Positions 14,796 through 28,550 of a DNA stretch of 64,000 nt are shown here, piece after piece. Location: the NCBI GenBank assembly GCA_012295275.1, contig CM022672.1:10540001-10604000 (forward strand). Direction: 5' to 3'. Position 1 is the first letter of the stretch, and every line of letters begins with the position of its first letter. A program made the position numbers and the translations under genes. The notes beneath the pieces are model-generated. The model did not search any database. It was given only the letters and a program-made list of their open reading frames with translations, and was not told the DNA's origin. The stretch comes from Chrysomallon squamiferum (Eukaryota; Animalia; Mollusca).

Positions 14796-14974
14796 AAGTA
14801 TTATGATTTAACATTTTTAATCATTTTAATTTATCATTCTAAATTACAGTTTATTTATTTATTTGTGTGTGTGTATGTGTGTGTGTGTGTATATATTTAT
14901 ATTAATCTCACATGTAGTTATATCTGCATCAAAGACAACTGAATGACCCAATAAACATGCACAAAAACATTCAC

Positions 14975-15950
14975 AAATAAACACAAACACACACAAACAC
15001 ACACAAAAACACACACACACAAACACACACATGTACACACACACAACACATGCATGTACACACACACAAACACAAACACATGCATGTACACACACACACA
15101 ACCACAAACACATGTATGTACACACACACACAACCACAAACACATGCATGTACACACACACAACCACAAACACATGCATGTACACACACACACAACCACA
15201 AACACATGCATGTACACACACACAACCACAAATACATGCATGTACACACACACACACAACCACAAACACATCCACACACACACACACACAACACAAACAC
15301 ATGCATGTACACACACACACAACCACAAACACATGCATGTACACACACACACATGCATGTACACACACACACAAACTAAAACACATGCATGTACACACAC
15401 ACAACCACAAACACATGCATGTACACACACACACAACCACAAACACATGCATGTACACACACACACAACCACAAACACATGCATGTACACACACACACAA
15501 CCACAAACACATGCATGTACACACACACAACCACAAACACATGCATGTACACACACACACACACAACTACAAACACATGCATGTACACACACACACAACC
15601 AAAACACATGCATGTACACACACACACAACCACAAACACATGCATGTACACACACAACACACACACACAACTACAAACACATGCATGTACACACACACAC
15701 AACCACAAACACATGCATGTACACACACTCAACCACAAACACATGCATGTACACACACACACAACCACAAACACATGCATGTACACACACAACCACAAAC
15801 AGATGCATGTACACACACACAAACACAAACACATGCATGTACACACACATGTCAAACACATGCATGTACACACACACAACCAAAACACAAACATGTACAC
15901 ACACACACAAACACATGCATGTACACACACACACAAAACCCATGTACATA
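14975..15950. repeat. ~30-32 bp minisatellite (ACAACCACAAACACATGCATGTACACACAC), ~27 units
   Basis: Tandem units with a palindromic ACATGCATGT core and variable (AC)n length. Confidence 0.95.
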
Positions 15951-16407
15951 AACATTAACCTTATACAAATATGTAATATGACATACATATAAACACACAA
16001 ACCCACACAAATGAAAAGATTCATCATGAACTTGACATACACTGTGACTGCTGAAAACAGAGCAAATTACGAGACTGTGTCTTGCTATCAAACTGCAGGG
16101 AAGATGATGACAAGAAGACAGATTACATCAACCTACTCCTGTCTGAAACGACTTTGTCTTCTCTGTCATTTTGTGAGTGTTAATTGAGAGACTGTACAAG
16201 GCTCTTCACCATCTTTGTCCAGATCTTCACGTGACCAGGAAGGTCAGAGACAGTTTGAAGGATTGGAATTTATTTTTCTCTCTCTGTTTTTAGTCTGTGT
16301 TTGCCGTTTTTCTCAAATGTCAACTCATACAGGCACGGAAGTAGTAATCTGTCAAAACACTGCCAGACAAAACAATGTGTCCACTACTTCAAAATGAGTA
16401 TGTATAC

Positions 16408-16438
<31 letters not shown>

Positions 16439-19276
16439 TAGATATACATACATATATACCCAATCTTGTCACCCACATATGCAGATGGATCATGAATGAT
16501 TAATTATTTATCAAATTTACAAACAAAGCGATACTGTAGATGCACATAAAATTCTGATTTTCAAAAACCTTTCTCTCTGTGATTTATATATATATTTTTT
16601 TTTTTTTTTTTTTTTTATGTTTTTTTAAATCTCTATATCTTCTGTGCAAACCTCTAAAATTAAATTTGAACCAATACATGAATGCTTAACATTTTAATTT
16701 TAGTTCTCGAGGAGGACAAGCTATTTAAAAAAAAATATATAAAATAAAATAAATTCTGTACTAAAGAAGAAAACCCTTTCTGCTTCTCACTATGTGACAG
16801 TTATTTTAGTCTCAGATGGGATCTTTACATGTACCTTTTCACAGATAGAGAAGCAAGTACTGTAGCCTTTGATAGTGGATTGGGAAATAATCCAGTGAGA
16901 ACTTAAATCTGATAAAGTGCTTACTGTTGTAAGTGATTTATTTTGGAGGAGATTTAATTTAAATCTCAAACTGGATGGATGTTTGTGGATCATAAATTCT
17001 AGTGCATCATCCTTTTTGGTGGGCTATAACGTCTTGTAGATCATCAGTTGTGGTGCACCAAATATTCCACTGGATCATCACTTCTGGTGGCCCATACATT
17101 CAAACAGATTATTAATTCAGATGGGCCATATATATTAAAGTGGATCCTCAAATCTGGTGGGATCATAAATTCCAGTGGATCATTAAGTTCTAGTGGATTC
17201 TCAATTCTCAGCAAATCTTCAACCAGTTCTGAGAATCATTTTCCATCCAGGATGTGTCTTTGATCCGTCTTGTGTAAGAAGTCTCTGTGCATCGCACACT
17301 GAGGTTTGTGAAGTAGGAAACCTGTCATGCTGAAGATTGCTCAGTACCCAGCGACTCGTCCAAAACAGACAGTGGCGAGAGTCAACAGATCGTCATCGCA
17401 ATTAAAGCCCACTGAAAGAGTGGAGAGTCTGGCCAAAGTGAGCCAGTAATAAGCAGCTGTGTTGAAAGGTTTCTGAGAGCTCTCTCGTTTCATGCTATCA
17501 TACTGCAGCATGGTGATTCCCTGTTTCAGGTGTCGCCAGGACCAGACAGTGAAATTAAATTACGTTTTTGATACAAAAAAAAAAAAAAAAAAAAAAAAAG
17601 CATTTACATTGTCGTAGCTCAGGTTGTTATTACCTTACAGGCTTTTTTATCTCAGAAACAACACAGACTAATAATAATTAAATGAAATAATGAAGAAAAA
17701 AAAGAAGATAAATAAAGAAAGTAAGAAAGACTTACACACAAACACACAGACACACACACCTACATACAGACAGCACTCACAGACACTCCAATATACATTT
17801 TCTGTACAAACTTATGTAATATGCAATTAATCTAAATGCAACGAAACAGAAATAGAAAAATGTCTTTGAAATAAGACTCTCTTATTTTTCCTTTAAGAAA
17901 CAAAAACTCATTATTAAAAATGAATGATATATGAATATACAGAGAGTGAAATAAAACCCATTTAAGGTATGTATTAATCTACTCCTACACAGTGTTGTGT
18001 GATTCGAGTGACATAATCAATAGGATTTCATTTCAGATACTGGAGTTGTGAATATTTTAAATGTGAAGGGTTTTTTTTTTTTTGTGGGTCTAATTACTTT
18101 TTGCAACCTTATAATAAATAATAAATTATTACTATGTCTGTTAAAAAGAAAATTACTGATTTTGAATTTTAATTTGCTATGATTAATTAAATGTGATTAT
18201 TACATACACTTTTCTAACTATCTAACAGTACATTTGTATGTATGTATGTGTGTATGTATGTATGTGTGTCTGTATGTGTGCATGTATGTATATATACATA
18301 TACATATATCTTTGCCTGTCTGAATGTAGGTGTGTGTGTCTATGTTTATAACAAATGTAAGTATATATAAATATATATATACATACATACATGCACACAT
18401 ATATAGACATATACATACATACATATGTACTGTTAGATTAGTTAGAAAAGTGTATGTAATAATCACATTTAATTGTTATATGTATGTATGTATGTATGTA
18501 TGTATTTTCATGTAGACACATTTAAAACATTTATTTAATGAACAATATAGTGGAAAAATATGTTAAGAATCGTGGAATCCTGTTTTAGATAAAACCCTAA
18601 AAAAAAAAAAACTAAAAGATTATGTGACTAAAATAAATGTTTCTCAACATCCCTGTCCTGCCACATTAACCCATTCCCTTTCTCTGCTCGTTTGGCTGAA
18701 ATTTAATTAATTTTTTTTATTTCTGACTTTAACTCCACAGGCACACACACACAGGAAGCGCTTTTCCAGAATGATGAATGCTTTTACTTAATGCCAAACG
18801 TAAATGTTTCACTCAAATCAAACAGGTTTTATATCTCTGTGACTGCAAATTCAGCCTGAATAGATCTGCTGAACAAAATTTTAAAAAAATGAGCTAGGGT
18901 TAAAAAAAAATCTCTATAATGTGTAAAGATTTTTTCAGGTAAATTAACCTTTTTTGACAGAAGGAAAATATTTTACCAAAAAAATATTTCTGAAGTTTTT
19001 TTTGTGAAAAAATATTGATGAAAAATGTGTAAAATGATTTTAATTTCTTTTTTTTTTTCATAATTTAATTTATTTTTTATTTTTATTTTTTTATCTTATA
19101 TTGACCAGATTTCAATAAACCATTTAATTCATTTTTGTTTTCTTCTTTTTTTTGTAAAATATTTATAAAACAATAAAAATAATTTTTTTGGATAATAAAA
19201 TTATGGTTTTATTGTGTCATAACATAAACACCAAAATTCTTTGAAAATACAAATTAAAATATTAGAAAACACCGAT

Positions 19277-19523
19277 AAACATGTGTTTGTAGTTGTGTGT
19301 GGTTGTGTACATGCATGTGTTTGTGGTTGTGTGTGTGTGTACATGCATGTGTTTGTAGTTGTGTGTGGTTGTGTACATGCATGTGTTTGTGGTTGTGTGT
19401 GTGTGTACATGCATGTGTTTGTAGTTGTGTGTGTGTGTACATGCATGTGTTTGTGGTTGTGTGTGTGTGTACATGCATGTGTTTGTGGTTGTGTGTGTGT
19501 ACATGCATGTGTTTGTAGTTGTT
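19277..19523. repeat. Inverted copy of the 14975-15950 minisatellite, ~7 units
   Basis: GTGTACATGCATGTGTTTGTGGTTGT is the exact reverse complement of that unit, including the TAGTT/TGGTT variants. Confidence 0.95.
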
Positions 19524-21344
19524 ATTTTTCTCATTTAAATTGATATACTTTGATTTATTAATTTATCCTTTTAACATTAATAATGATATGTCATACATTG
19601 GAAACATATTTTGATTGATAAGTTTTTATCTGAAACTAAAAATTTTATCATTAATTATGAAAATTAAAAATGTAAAAAATAATAACACATAATATATGAT
19701 TACTTTATGTCAGAAGTTTTAACCTTTAAGATTAATTGTGATATATAATACAAGCTGAAAATCGGCACATTTTAATATAAGATGAAGCCAAATTAATCAT
19801 GAGATCAGGTTGAAACAGATAATAAAGAAACAATTATTTATTTTCAGGTAATTACAATAAAAGTAAAAAATAATTTTTATTTAAATCACATGGCTTCATT
19901 AAGTATATTTACAAAGTTTCATTTGTGCATCAAAAATACAGTAACTGGAAGAAAAAACGAATTTGCAATATGTTTTTGTACCCACATTTAATAAAATAAA
20001 AAATGTATATGTTAATTACAATTTGTTTATTAATTGTTCAATTTGTGCAGATAATGATTTTAAAAATACAGAGAAAATTTATATTAAGTTTCTCCTTTTG
20101 TTTATTGTTTTGGACATGAAAATTAAAAATATTTTTGGTTCAGAGTATAATTGTACAGGTAAAGAATCTCAACACAAACATTATATTTGTTTTACATTTT
20201 ATATATATCATCTTTAAATTTAGTTGTAACCAATAACAATAGACTGGTAAGTAGCAAATCATAAAAATAGAATGCACCTCGTTTTTTTTTTCGTTTTTTT
20301 GTTTAGCGTTCTTGGGTTCTCAAAACTTTAAGTTTCAAAATATGCCTCAGTTTTTTAAAATAATCCTTGCACCTTTTCAGTTACTGATGAAAATATAATA
20401 AAAATGGCAAACTCTGGGGAAAAAGCTTGTTTTTAAGTTCATCTAGTTTTGAATATTCATGTTGTTACAGTTAAGCTAATTTAATCAAACTTTCTTCAGT
20501 ATAAGATTCAGTAACTTTTTTGGAAACAATTCTGAACTGCAATAAGCAAAAAGTTAATTTGTAACAGATTTAAATTTCAGCCTCTTCTGAATAACAAACA
20601 TCCATAGCAACCATGCAGTGATTAAAATAAAATAACCAAAATTATATAGTGCTACTACATATCATCAAGCAACTTTTGTGAAATTGCATCAGTATTATGT
20701 AACAAAAACAAGTCATTCAGTGTACAAGATCTTTTCAGAAAAGAATACTGTTTTTGACCAAATTCTGAGGTTTCTAATCAGGAAAAAATTATGCAGGATT
20801 GATTGGTAAGACTATAATGTAGGTATTTTTTTCTCTAATGTAAAAATGGTGGTTGAGAGAGTCTGGTGTCAAGGTACAGCTAATTATTACTTCTATTTTC
20901 TGATACAAAATGTGTATGACTGTTTATGGATGTGACAGTTTTTGTTTTGTTAAGACAAGATGTATTTCTTTAAAGACAGGACAAACTGCAGTAGTGAGAC
21001 CAGTACATGAATGAAACCTAATTTAAACAGTGTTTTGACACGTGAAAGTTATTAGCAATGATTGTACTATAGCATACAAAGTTAAATAAAGCATTTGAAC
21101 ACAAATACACACATACATATAGACACACATACATGGTTAGGCACACAGACAGACAAACACAGACATGCACAGATACATGCACACAAACAAACATACACAC
21201 ACACACAAACACACAAATTATGTTACACCAGCTGCATTCAGATTTATTATTTTTCCTTCTACAGTCATTAGCAGTAAATGTGTGATAAATTTAAAAGAAC
21301 TCTGAATTACATGAAACTGTCTCTATTTTATTGCTTTTACATTT

Positions 21345-21620
21345 AGCCATCCGTCTATTAATAATAAATGTGGAACGAAAAGCTCACTTTAAACATGCGA
21401 TAAACTTAAAAGAACACACACAAAACACAGAACCGTTTTTTTCATTTCGTAGCTTTTTGCGTTTAACTATTCCATCTATTAATAATAAATGTCAAAAAGC
21501 AAAGCTCTGTTTAAAAGTATACATTATAGACAAACTTTTTTTTTATTCATTTTATAAAGCTTTTCGATTCAATTGTTCCATCCATTAATAATAAATTTCT
21601 AATGTAAAGTTCACAACGAA
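21345..21620. repeat. Degenerate ~115-bp triplication
   Basis: TCCRTCYATTAATAATAAAT..AAAG at ~21350, 21471 and 21580. Confidence 0.7.
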
Positions 21621-21902
21621 GCGTGGACTGAATTTGGAAAAGCCTCGTCTGTCTCGTGGGTATTGGCTGTTAAATGTCTGTTCAGCAGTTTAAAAACCAC
21701 TGGTGTTTAGTTTGTATTAAGTCACCGTGAAGCTAGACACTTTTAGCACAAACTGCGTAATGTGGATAAATGTTTTTTTTTTTTTTACATTATTAATCAT
21801 TTAGTGTATTAAAGTCACATCTCTTCTTTTGAGAAGAAATTTTTTTTTTTTTAAATTTACTGATGTATGGAGCTCATTTTTAAAGCTTTTTGGTGTATCA
21901 AG

Positions 21903-22420
21903 TCATGCATTTTGTTATATCACATCGTACATTTGGATGTATTGTGTCATATATTTTGTTATATCACATCGTACATTTGGATGTATTGTGTCATATATTT
22001 TGTTATATCACATCGTACATTTGGATGTATTGTGTCATATATTTTGTTATATCACATCGTACATTTGGATGTATTGTGTCATACATTTTGTTATATCACA
22101 TCGTACATTTGGATGTATTGTGTCATATATTTTGTTATACTGCTTCATATATTTTGTTGTATTGTGTCATACATTTTGTTATATCACATCGTACATTTGG
22201 ATGTATTGTGTCATACATTTTGTTATATCACATCGTACATTTGGATGTATTGTGTCATATATTTTGTTATATCACATCGTACATTTGGATGTATTGTGTC
22301 ATACATTTTGTTATATCACATCGTACATTTGGATGTATTGTGTCATACATTTTGTTATATCACATCGTACATTTGGATGTATTGTGTCATATATTTTGTT
22401 ATACTGCTTCATGTATTTGG
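21903..22420. repeat. 44-bp minisatellite, ~11 copies (ATTTTGTTATATCACATCGTACATTTGGATGTATTGTGTCATAY)
   Basis: Near-identical tandem units, with one variant unit at ~22140. Confidence 0.95.
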
Positions 22421-22483
22421 CTATATAACATCAAACACTTCATACATATATATATATTCTGTGTGCATGTATATGTACATATA

Positions 22484-22514
<31 letters not shown>

Positions 22515-23463
22515 TTATATATAACATATATATTTTTTTTAAATTAGCAGCAAGAAATTGAATTATCAGACCTTCCCATAGACTCAAATTACATGATTTT
22601 GATGGTCTTTCATCAACTAATTGTGGAGTATTGTCCTGATTGGCAAATTAGAAAAATGAAGAAATAACGTTTTCCTAATAAGAAAATTAAATCAATTTTT
22701 TGTTTAATATTTCAGTTTTTTGTATTTGTTTCAATATTTCCAACTGATACAATCAACCATTTTACATGTTTTCAACAGCTGACACATAAACTGTGATATT
22801 AACTGTCTGTTTCGTTGTGTTTGTGTGTTTTTTTTAATAAAATGAATGAATGATATTAGTCATCATAAACTATTGATCACGTAGGTGTTTTTCAAACAGC
22901 TGAAATTTCTATCTGCACTTAGCAGGGAACGAGTAAAGTAAACTGTTTAAAATTTAATGAGAAGAAGACACTTTGGTGTTTTTACTAGAAATTACAATAG
23001 AGACTGACACAATATGTATACAGTTACCACACACAGAGAGAAAAGAAATGTGAACTGTGGTATTTTCCCAGTGTTTATTCAGAATAATTTAACAGATAGA
23101 AAAATATATAATCATTTCTCCTATCTCTTAATCTAAATAAACCACGAAATATTTCCTATATCCTACTCTTTAATTTTTTTTTTTTTTTTTTAAACCCCAT
23201 GTGATAGAGTAAACCATTATTAATTTTCCATAGTTTATGAAGCAAATAGCTCTTCTTTGATATTACACTGGTGTTATACGGGAAATTAACCTACTGGGTC
23301 GCTCAATATAAACCATTCACTGTCCCCGAGGCGGAGTGAAGATAAAATATCAGTGTGTATTGATTGAGAGATATTTAACAATGTACACTGATAGTACGTG
23401 GAGTTCACCTGTACACACAAATATACGTTTGTGTTATGTGCGTGTATATTGTGGAATGTTACT

Positions 23464-23501
<38 letters not shown>

Positions 23502-23750
23502 TATGGGTGTATATATAAACAAGTAATGATACCTGTTTATAATGCAATATAAATGTGATGTATGTATGTGTGTTTGTGCATCTGTATGGTTGGATGGATG
23601 TTTATATGTGTACATGTGTGTATATATCTGTATCTATGTTTGTATGTGTATATTTGTATGTATGTATGTTTCTGTGTGTGTGTGTATTTGTATATAAGTA
23701 AATAAGGGTATGTATGTACATACTATATATGTATGTATTTATGTATATAC

Positions 23751-23783
<33 letters not shown>

Positions 23784-23998
23784 TGTATTTATGTATTCTA
23801 ATCTGAAATAATTTTTTTGTCCGAAAATTTGAAATCAACAGCAATTGTTTGATTATTTGACATGTTCTTCTTACTGCAAGACATTTTACACACTCATTAC
23901 CTTTCATCTTGAAACAGTTTCCTAATCTGTATCATATAAATAAATCAGAGTTGATAGACATCACAGTAAATGAATATTAAAATGTTCAGTGTACTTAC

Positions 23999-24078
23999 TT
24001 GATCTCTGATTCTTAATGAAGTAGAGTTGCAGTCTTTCCTTGAATGACTTCTCATTTGTAAAAAACTCAACCAGAACT
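23999..24078 (-). CDS. KCNT: Slo2/KCNT K+ channel exon ([26 protein letters not shown])
   Basis: Acceptor tatttcag|AG and donor AA|gtaagt. 80 nt, phase 2 to 1. Closely matches the KCNT1/KCNT2 N-terminal motif [27 protein letters not shown]. Confidence 0.96.
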
Positions 24079-24227
24079 CTGAAATAGATTTCAAAGAGAG
24101 TCACAATTAATGATACAATAACAAATTAAAATTACATAAATAATTGTCTTATTTCAAGTTAGGTACAAAAAAAAAAAAAGAATTATGTTTTTGTAACAAA
24201 TTTGCTTCCTAAAATGCACATATTATT

Positions 24228-24272
<45 letters not shown>

Positions 24273-25124
24273 ACCACAACCATACAAAAAATTCTATTGA
24301 TTCCAAAGTTCCAATATACAGATGTATTGTATATATTCCATGTGAATCAAAATATAATTCTTCTTGAACCAAAAAAAAAATATATTCAAAATAATAATAA
24401 TAATAATAATAATAATTATAATTATAATATAATAATAATAATACAGTAATGATGATAAAATACTGCTGCTGCTACTATTATTACTACTACTAATAATTAT
24501 AATAATAAAATAATAGTAACTGTAACAATAATAAATTAATAATAATTTTAATAACAATGATGATGATGAAGATGATGATAATGATGATGATGATGATGAT
24601 GAAGATGATGATAATGATGATGATGATGATGATAAACCAGACATTAACATCTTACATTATGAATATTTAAGACAATGCAGAAGAAGACACTTGACAATTT
24701 TAGAAACAGTAATTGGAGATAATTTCAGCATCTGACAAACACGATACAGATAACAGTCACTTGGTGATGGCTGCAGTTTTTATTTTCGAAGCAACTCCAG
24801 CATTGCTTAATTTTAAAACAGAAAAAAAATCCCCCAAAAATCTCTGAGATGAGACCACTTAAAGAGCTCTTTCAGAGAGAGATAACAAAATGGTTGCTGT
24901 GATCTGATTTCTTTAAATCAGCGTCTAGACCAGTGTAAGCAGATCATTTCTCAGATGTCAGAAATCTCGACACGCACATTTCAGATGAGTTGTCATAAAG
25001 AGATGAAACTTCTCCACATGAAAAGAGTATTTAAATATCTGGAATCTGGATGAAGACACAATATAAAAAGATATTCTGTGAAGATAAAGCACAGCATTAC
25101 ACAGTCATAACGGTAGTTTATTAA

Positions 25125-25330
25125 TGGCAGGGGTCTGTTTGAACTTTGCTGTCTATGGGAGGGTACGCATGTAAGATCCCTTTCTGCTAAATAAAAAAAA
25201 AAGAGCTGAATATAATATCACTGTGGGTTTGCTGCCTCATTTTCCACAATCTTTAATCATGTGTATGTGCAATCACATCACTGCAGACAAAAACTGTATT
25301 CAGTCTTAATTAAATATATTTCTTATTCAT
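25125..25330 (+). mobile_element. Decayed Meta-domain-type SINE (3' half)
   Basis: CTGTCTATGGGAGGGTACGCATGTAAGATCCCTTTCTGCTAA...AAGAG...GGGTTTGC...TTAATCAT...TTAAATATATTTCTTATTCAT. Confidence 0.65.
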
Positions 25331-26934
25331 ATGTATTTGTGTACGTGTGTATGTATTTGGATATGTGCACATACTCTCATATATAGGGATATAATAAGAA
25401 ACAGCATTCAAAAACTATCCTAAGTGGTATATTAAGCAGTTGCCCTTGTATGCATCCCACTGATTTGAGCCAACTGTAAATGGACAAAATCCTACATACT
25501 CTTTTGTAACTAGCATTAAAACAAAACACTACACTTAGATTCTCTAACACAGTCAAACTGCCCAGGACTCAAGTCCTCAAAGCATCAGCAAATGTAAGCA
25601 CTTTTATAAATGTCAGATGATTGCTTTCATTTCCATGCTGTTGAAAAATAATGGTTTTGTCAGATTTTAAAATTGATTTTTCTCTTCTTAATCTGTCTTA
25701 GTCATGCTGATTTAGTAAAAACAAAACAAAAAAAAAGAATTATATTTAATTTCTTATTAGGTTTCAGATCAAGATGAACAAAAATTACTTTTATAGTTAA
25801 TGATTATTCCACAAATCAGTAAAAAAAATAAATTATCCGATGAAAATAATTTAAAAAATGAAAAATGAAATAAAACATCGTGTAAGTAAATATGTAATTA
25901 AATTTTTCTAAATGAAGCTAACTGAGAAAAACGGACAAAAAAATAAAAAATTAAAAATTAAAAAACACATTTCATATAAAATATTCTGCAGATCTGTAAC
26001 AGAAAGTTGGGCTTTAGCCATGTTTGGTCACAGGTTCAGTTCTCCAAAATGCTGTTATTTTGCTATTTCCCATTTAAGCTTTGACTCTTTGATTTGAATT
26101 CATCAAACAATACTAATATGAGCCATGCTTGGTCCTATGATCCAGCCTCCTAGGTGCTGCTCTTTCTATACTTCACACTAAAACCAACACTCCAGATTTT
26201 TGTTCATCAAAGACTGTTATATAATTATTTTATTTTCGTTTATGGGTGGGTGTATCTAAAAGATTACTTACTTGCTGCTAATTAATTAAAAGTAAACTAT
26301 GGACAAGCTGCAGCAAGTTTCCTGTCATAATACCTAAATACACACACAAGTAAATACATACATACACTTGCAGATGCACACATACCCACATAATTAAATA
26401 TATATTTGTGTGTGTGTGAATTTGCATTGTATTTTTATCTGTATATATTTATATACACAAATATATTTATATAGATATAAACATAAATATATATATATTA
26501 ATATAAATATAAATATATATAGATAGATAGATAGATAGATAAATAAATAGATAGATATAAAAATACACACACACACACACACACGCATAAATACAACCAT
26601 ACACACACACGCGCACACCATTTGCATTAAAATGTGTTGAGACGTGCTCTAAGCTTCAATTCATTCTTTTAACACAAAAATCTTTAACTGGGAAACTTTA
26701 ATGAGCTGGCAAGTCATAAACACGACATAAAAATTCAGACTTCAATGGCCGTCCAATACAAAAACCCTTCTGAAAGAATGTTATTAGCAGCTCTTTTTTT
26801 TTTTTTTTACTTTTGCAGTGAATATTGATGTTTGTTGCATGAAATTAATTCAGGACAGCTGACATACGTAAGACGGTTAATTATTGATAAAACATCACAT
26901 CTGATTTATTGACAGTGTAATATGTCATGATATT

Positions 26935-27300
26935 GTTCTGAAACACACATTTTTAAATTTAATAATCTTCGACATGTAATGGCGTTTTTTTTAATTTCAT
27001 TTTATGTTAGTTTAGTTAATTTCTTTTATGAAATACACATTTGAAAATTTAAAAATCATTGACATGTAATACTTTTTTTTTAAAAACTTAATTTTACTTT
27101 TATCAAATACACATTTTTAAATTTAAAAACCTTGTACATGTAACAGATTTTTTCAAACTTAATTTTACATTTATGAAATGCACATTTTTAAATTTGAATA
27201 CCATTTTACATTTAACAATTATTTTTTACTTTAGTTTTTTTAATTTCTTTTATGATAAATTTATCTTAAAAAATCAAAATATTTTATATGTAACGTTTTT
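26935..27300. repeat. Degenerate ~65-90 bp tandem array
   Basis: Recurring GAAATACACATTTTTAAATTTAA...ACATGTAA. Confidence 0.7.
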
Positions 27301-27707
27301 AATATCATTTTACTTTAGATTTTTTTAAGATAATGTGTTAATTTCTTTTAGGAAACTTTTTTACTACTAGTTGATTGATTGATAGATTTTTTGTTTTGTT
27401 CTGTTTTTAGTTTGTCAAATAAAAATAAGAAAAAACCAAGAAGATGCTAACATATAAACTTGATATACTTGTAGTACTGATATCATATTTAATATGTAAT
27501 ACACACTGTTAATTTTAAAACAAATAAATAGCATGTCTGTAAAAGACTGTATATGTGTGGTGTGTATGAGTTTGTATAAATGCATGTGGGTGTATATATG
27601 AGTGTGTATGTTTGTATACACACACAGACACATATATACACATACACAAACATACACATACATACATAAATTCATTTACATATCTAGGTTTATATATATA
27701 TATATGT

Positions 27708-27738
<31 letters not shown>

Positions 27739-28489
27739 AAGATATATATAAACTCACACAACATACCTAGATTTATTTGTATACATGTGTGTGTTTCTGT
27801 ACTGTACAAATGAATACTATCAGACCATGCAGTGTTTCTGTTGTAGTGATGAATATTACACAACAACAATCAATGAAAACAAAACCCAGGACTCAACTGG
27901 AAGCTGTAAATCAGTTATTACTAAATCCATATGTGGAGGGAAGGCAAACAGAGACCTGTGACAGGACTAAATGTGATCACTGATCAATCATCAAACAACA
28001 GATCACTTGGTCAAATGGAAGTAACAGAAACCTGATACTGACAAACAAAACAGACTGCTTTTTCCTCTGTGTAGTTTTCATACACTTGTTGTATAAAAAT
28101 GTTCGCAGATTGTATTTGTGCAATATAAAGATGAACAAATATATATTTTAATCTATGGTTGTCTATATATATATTTATTTAATATATTTTGTATAACATG
28201 GAGACATATATTATATGTAAAGTAAAAATATTAATGTACAGGAACATCTTCATACTGATATATATTTACAGAAATGCACAATAAATAATATATATATATA
28301 TGTGTGTGTGTGTATACATATATATATAAATGAGTGTGTGTGTGTGTATGTGTATTTTTGTGTGTGTGTATTTGAATAGTATTTTGATAAATGTCATAGT
28401 ATAAGACAAAAAAATAAATAGAAAAAGGATTAACTTGTTAACAAAAATATAATTATTTTAATGTCTCATATGATGAGTAAGATATATAT

Positions 28490-28550
<61 letters not shown>

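Noticed and set aside
14859-16091. Long His/Thr- and Cys/Val-rich ORFs of up to 312 aa
   Set aside because: They are translations of the minisatellite, open in several frames on both strands, and lie inside an intron.
21829-22561. Three overlapping ~200-aa ORFs
   Set aside because: All derive from the 44-bp tandem repeat.
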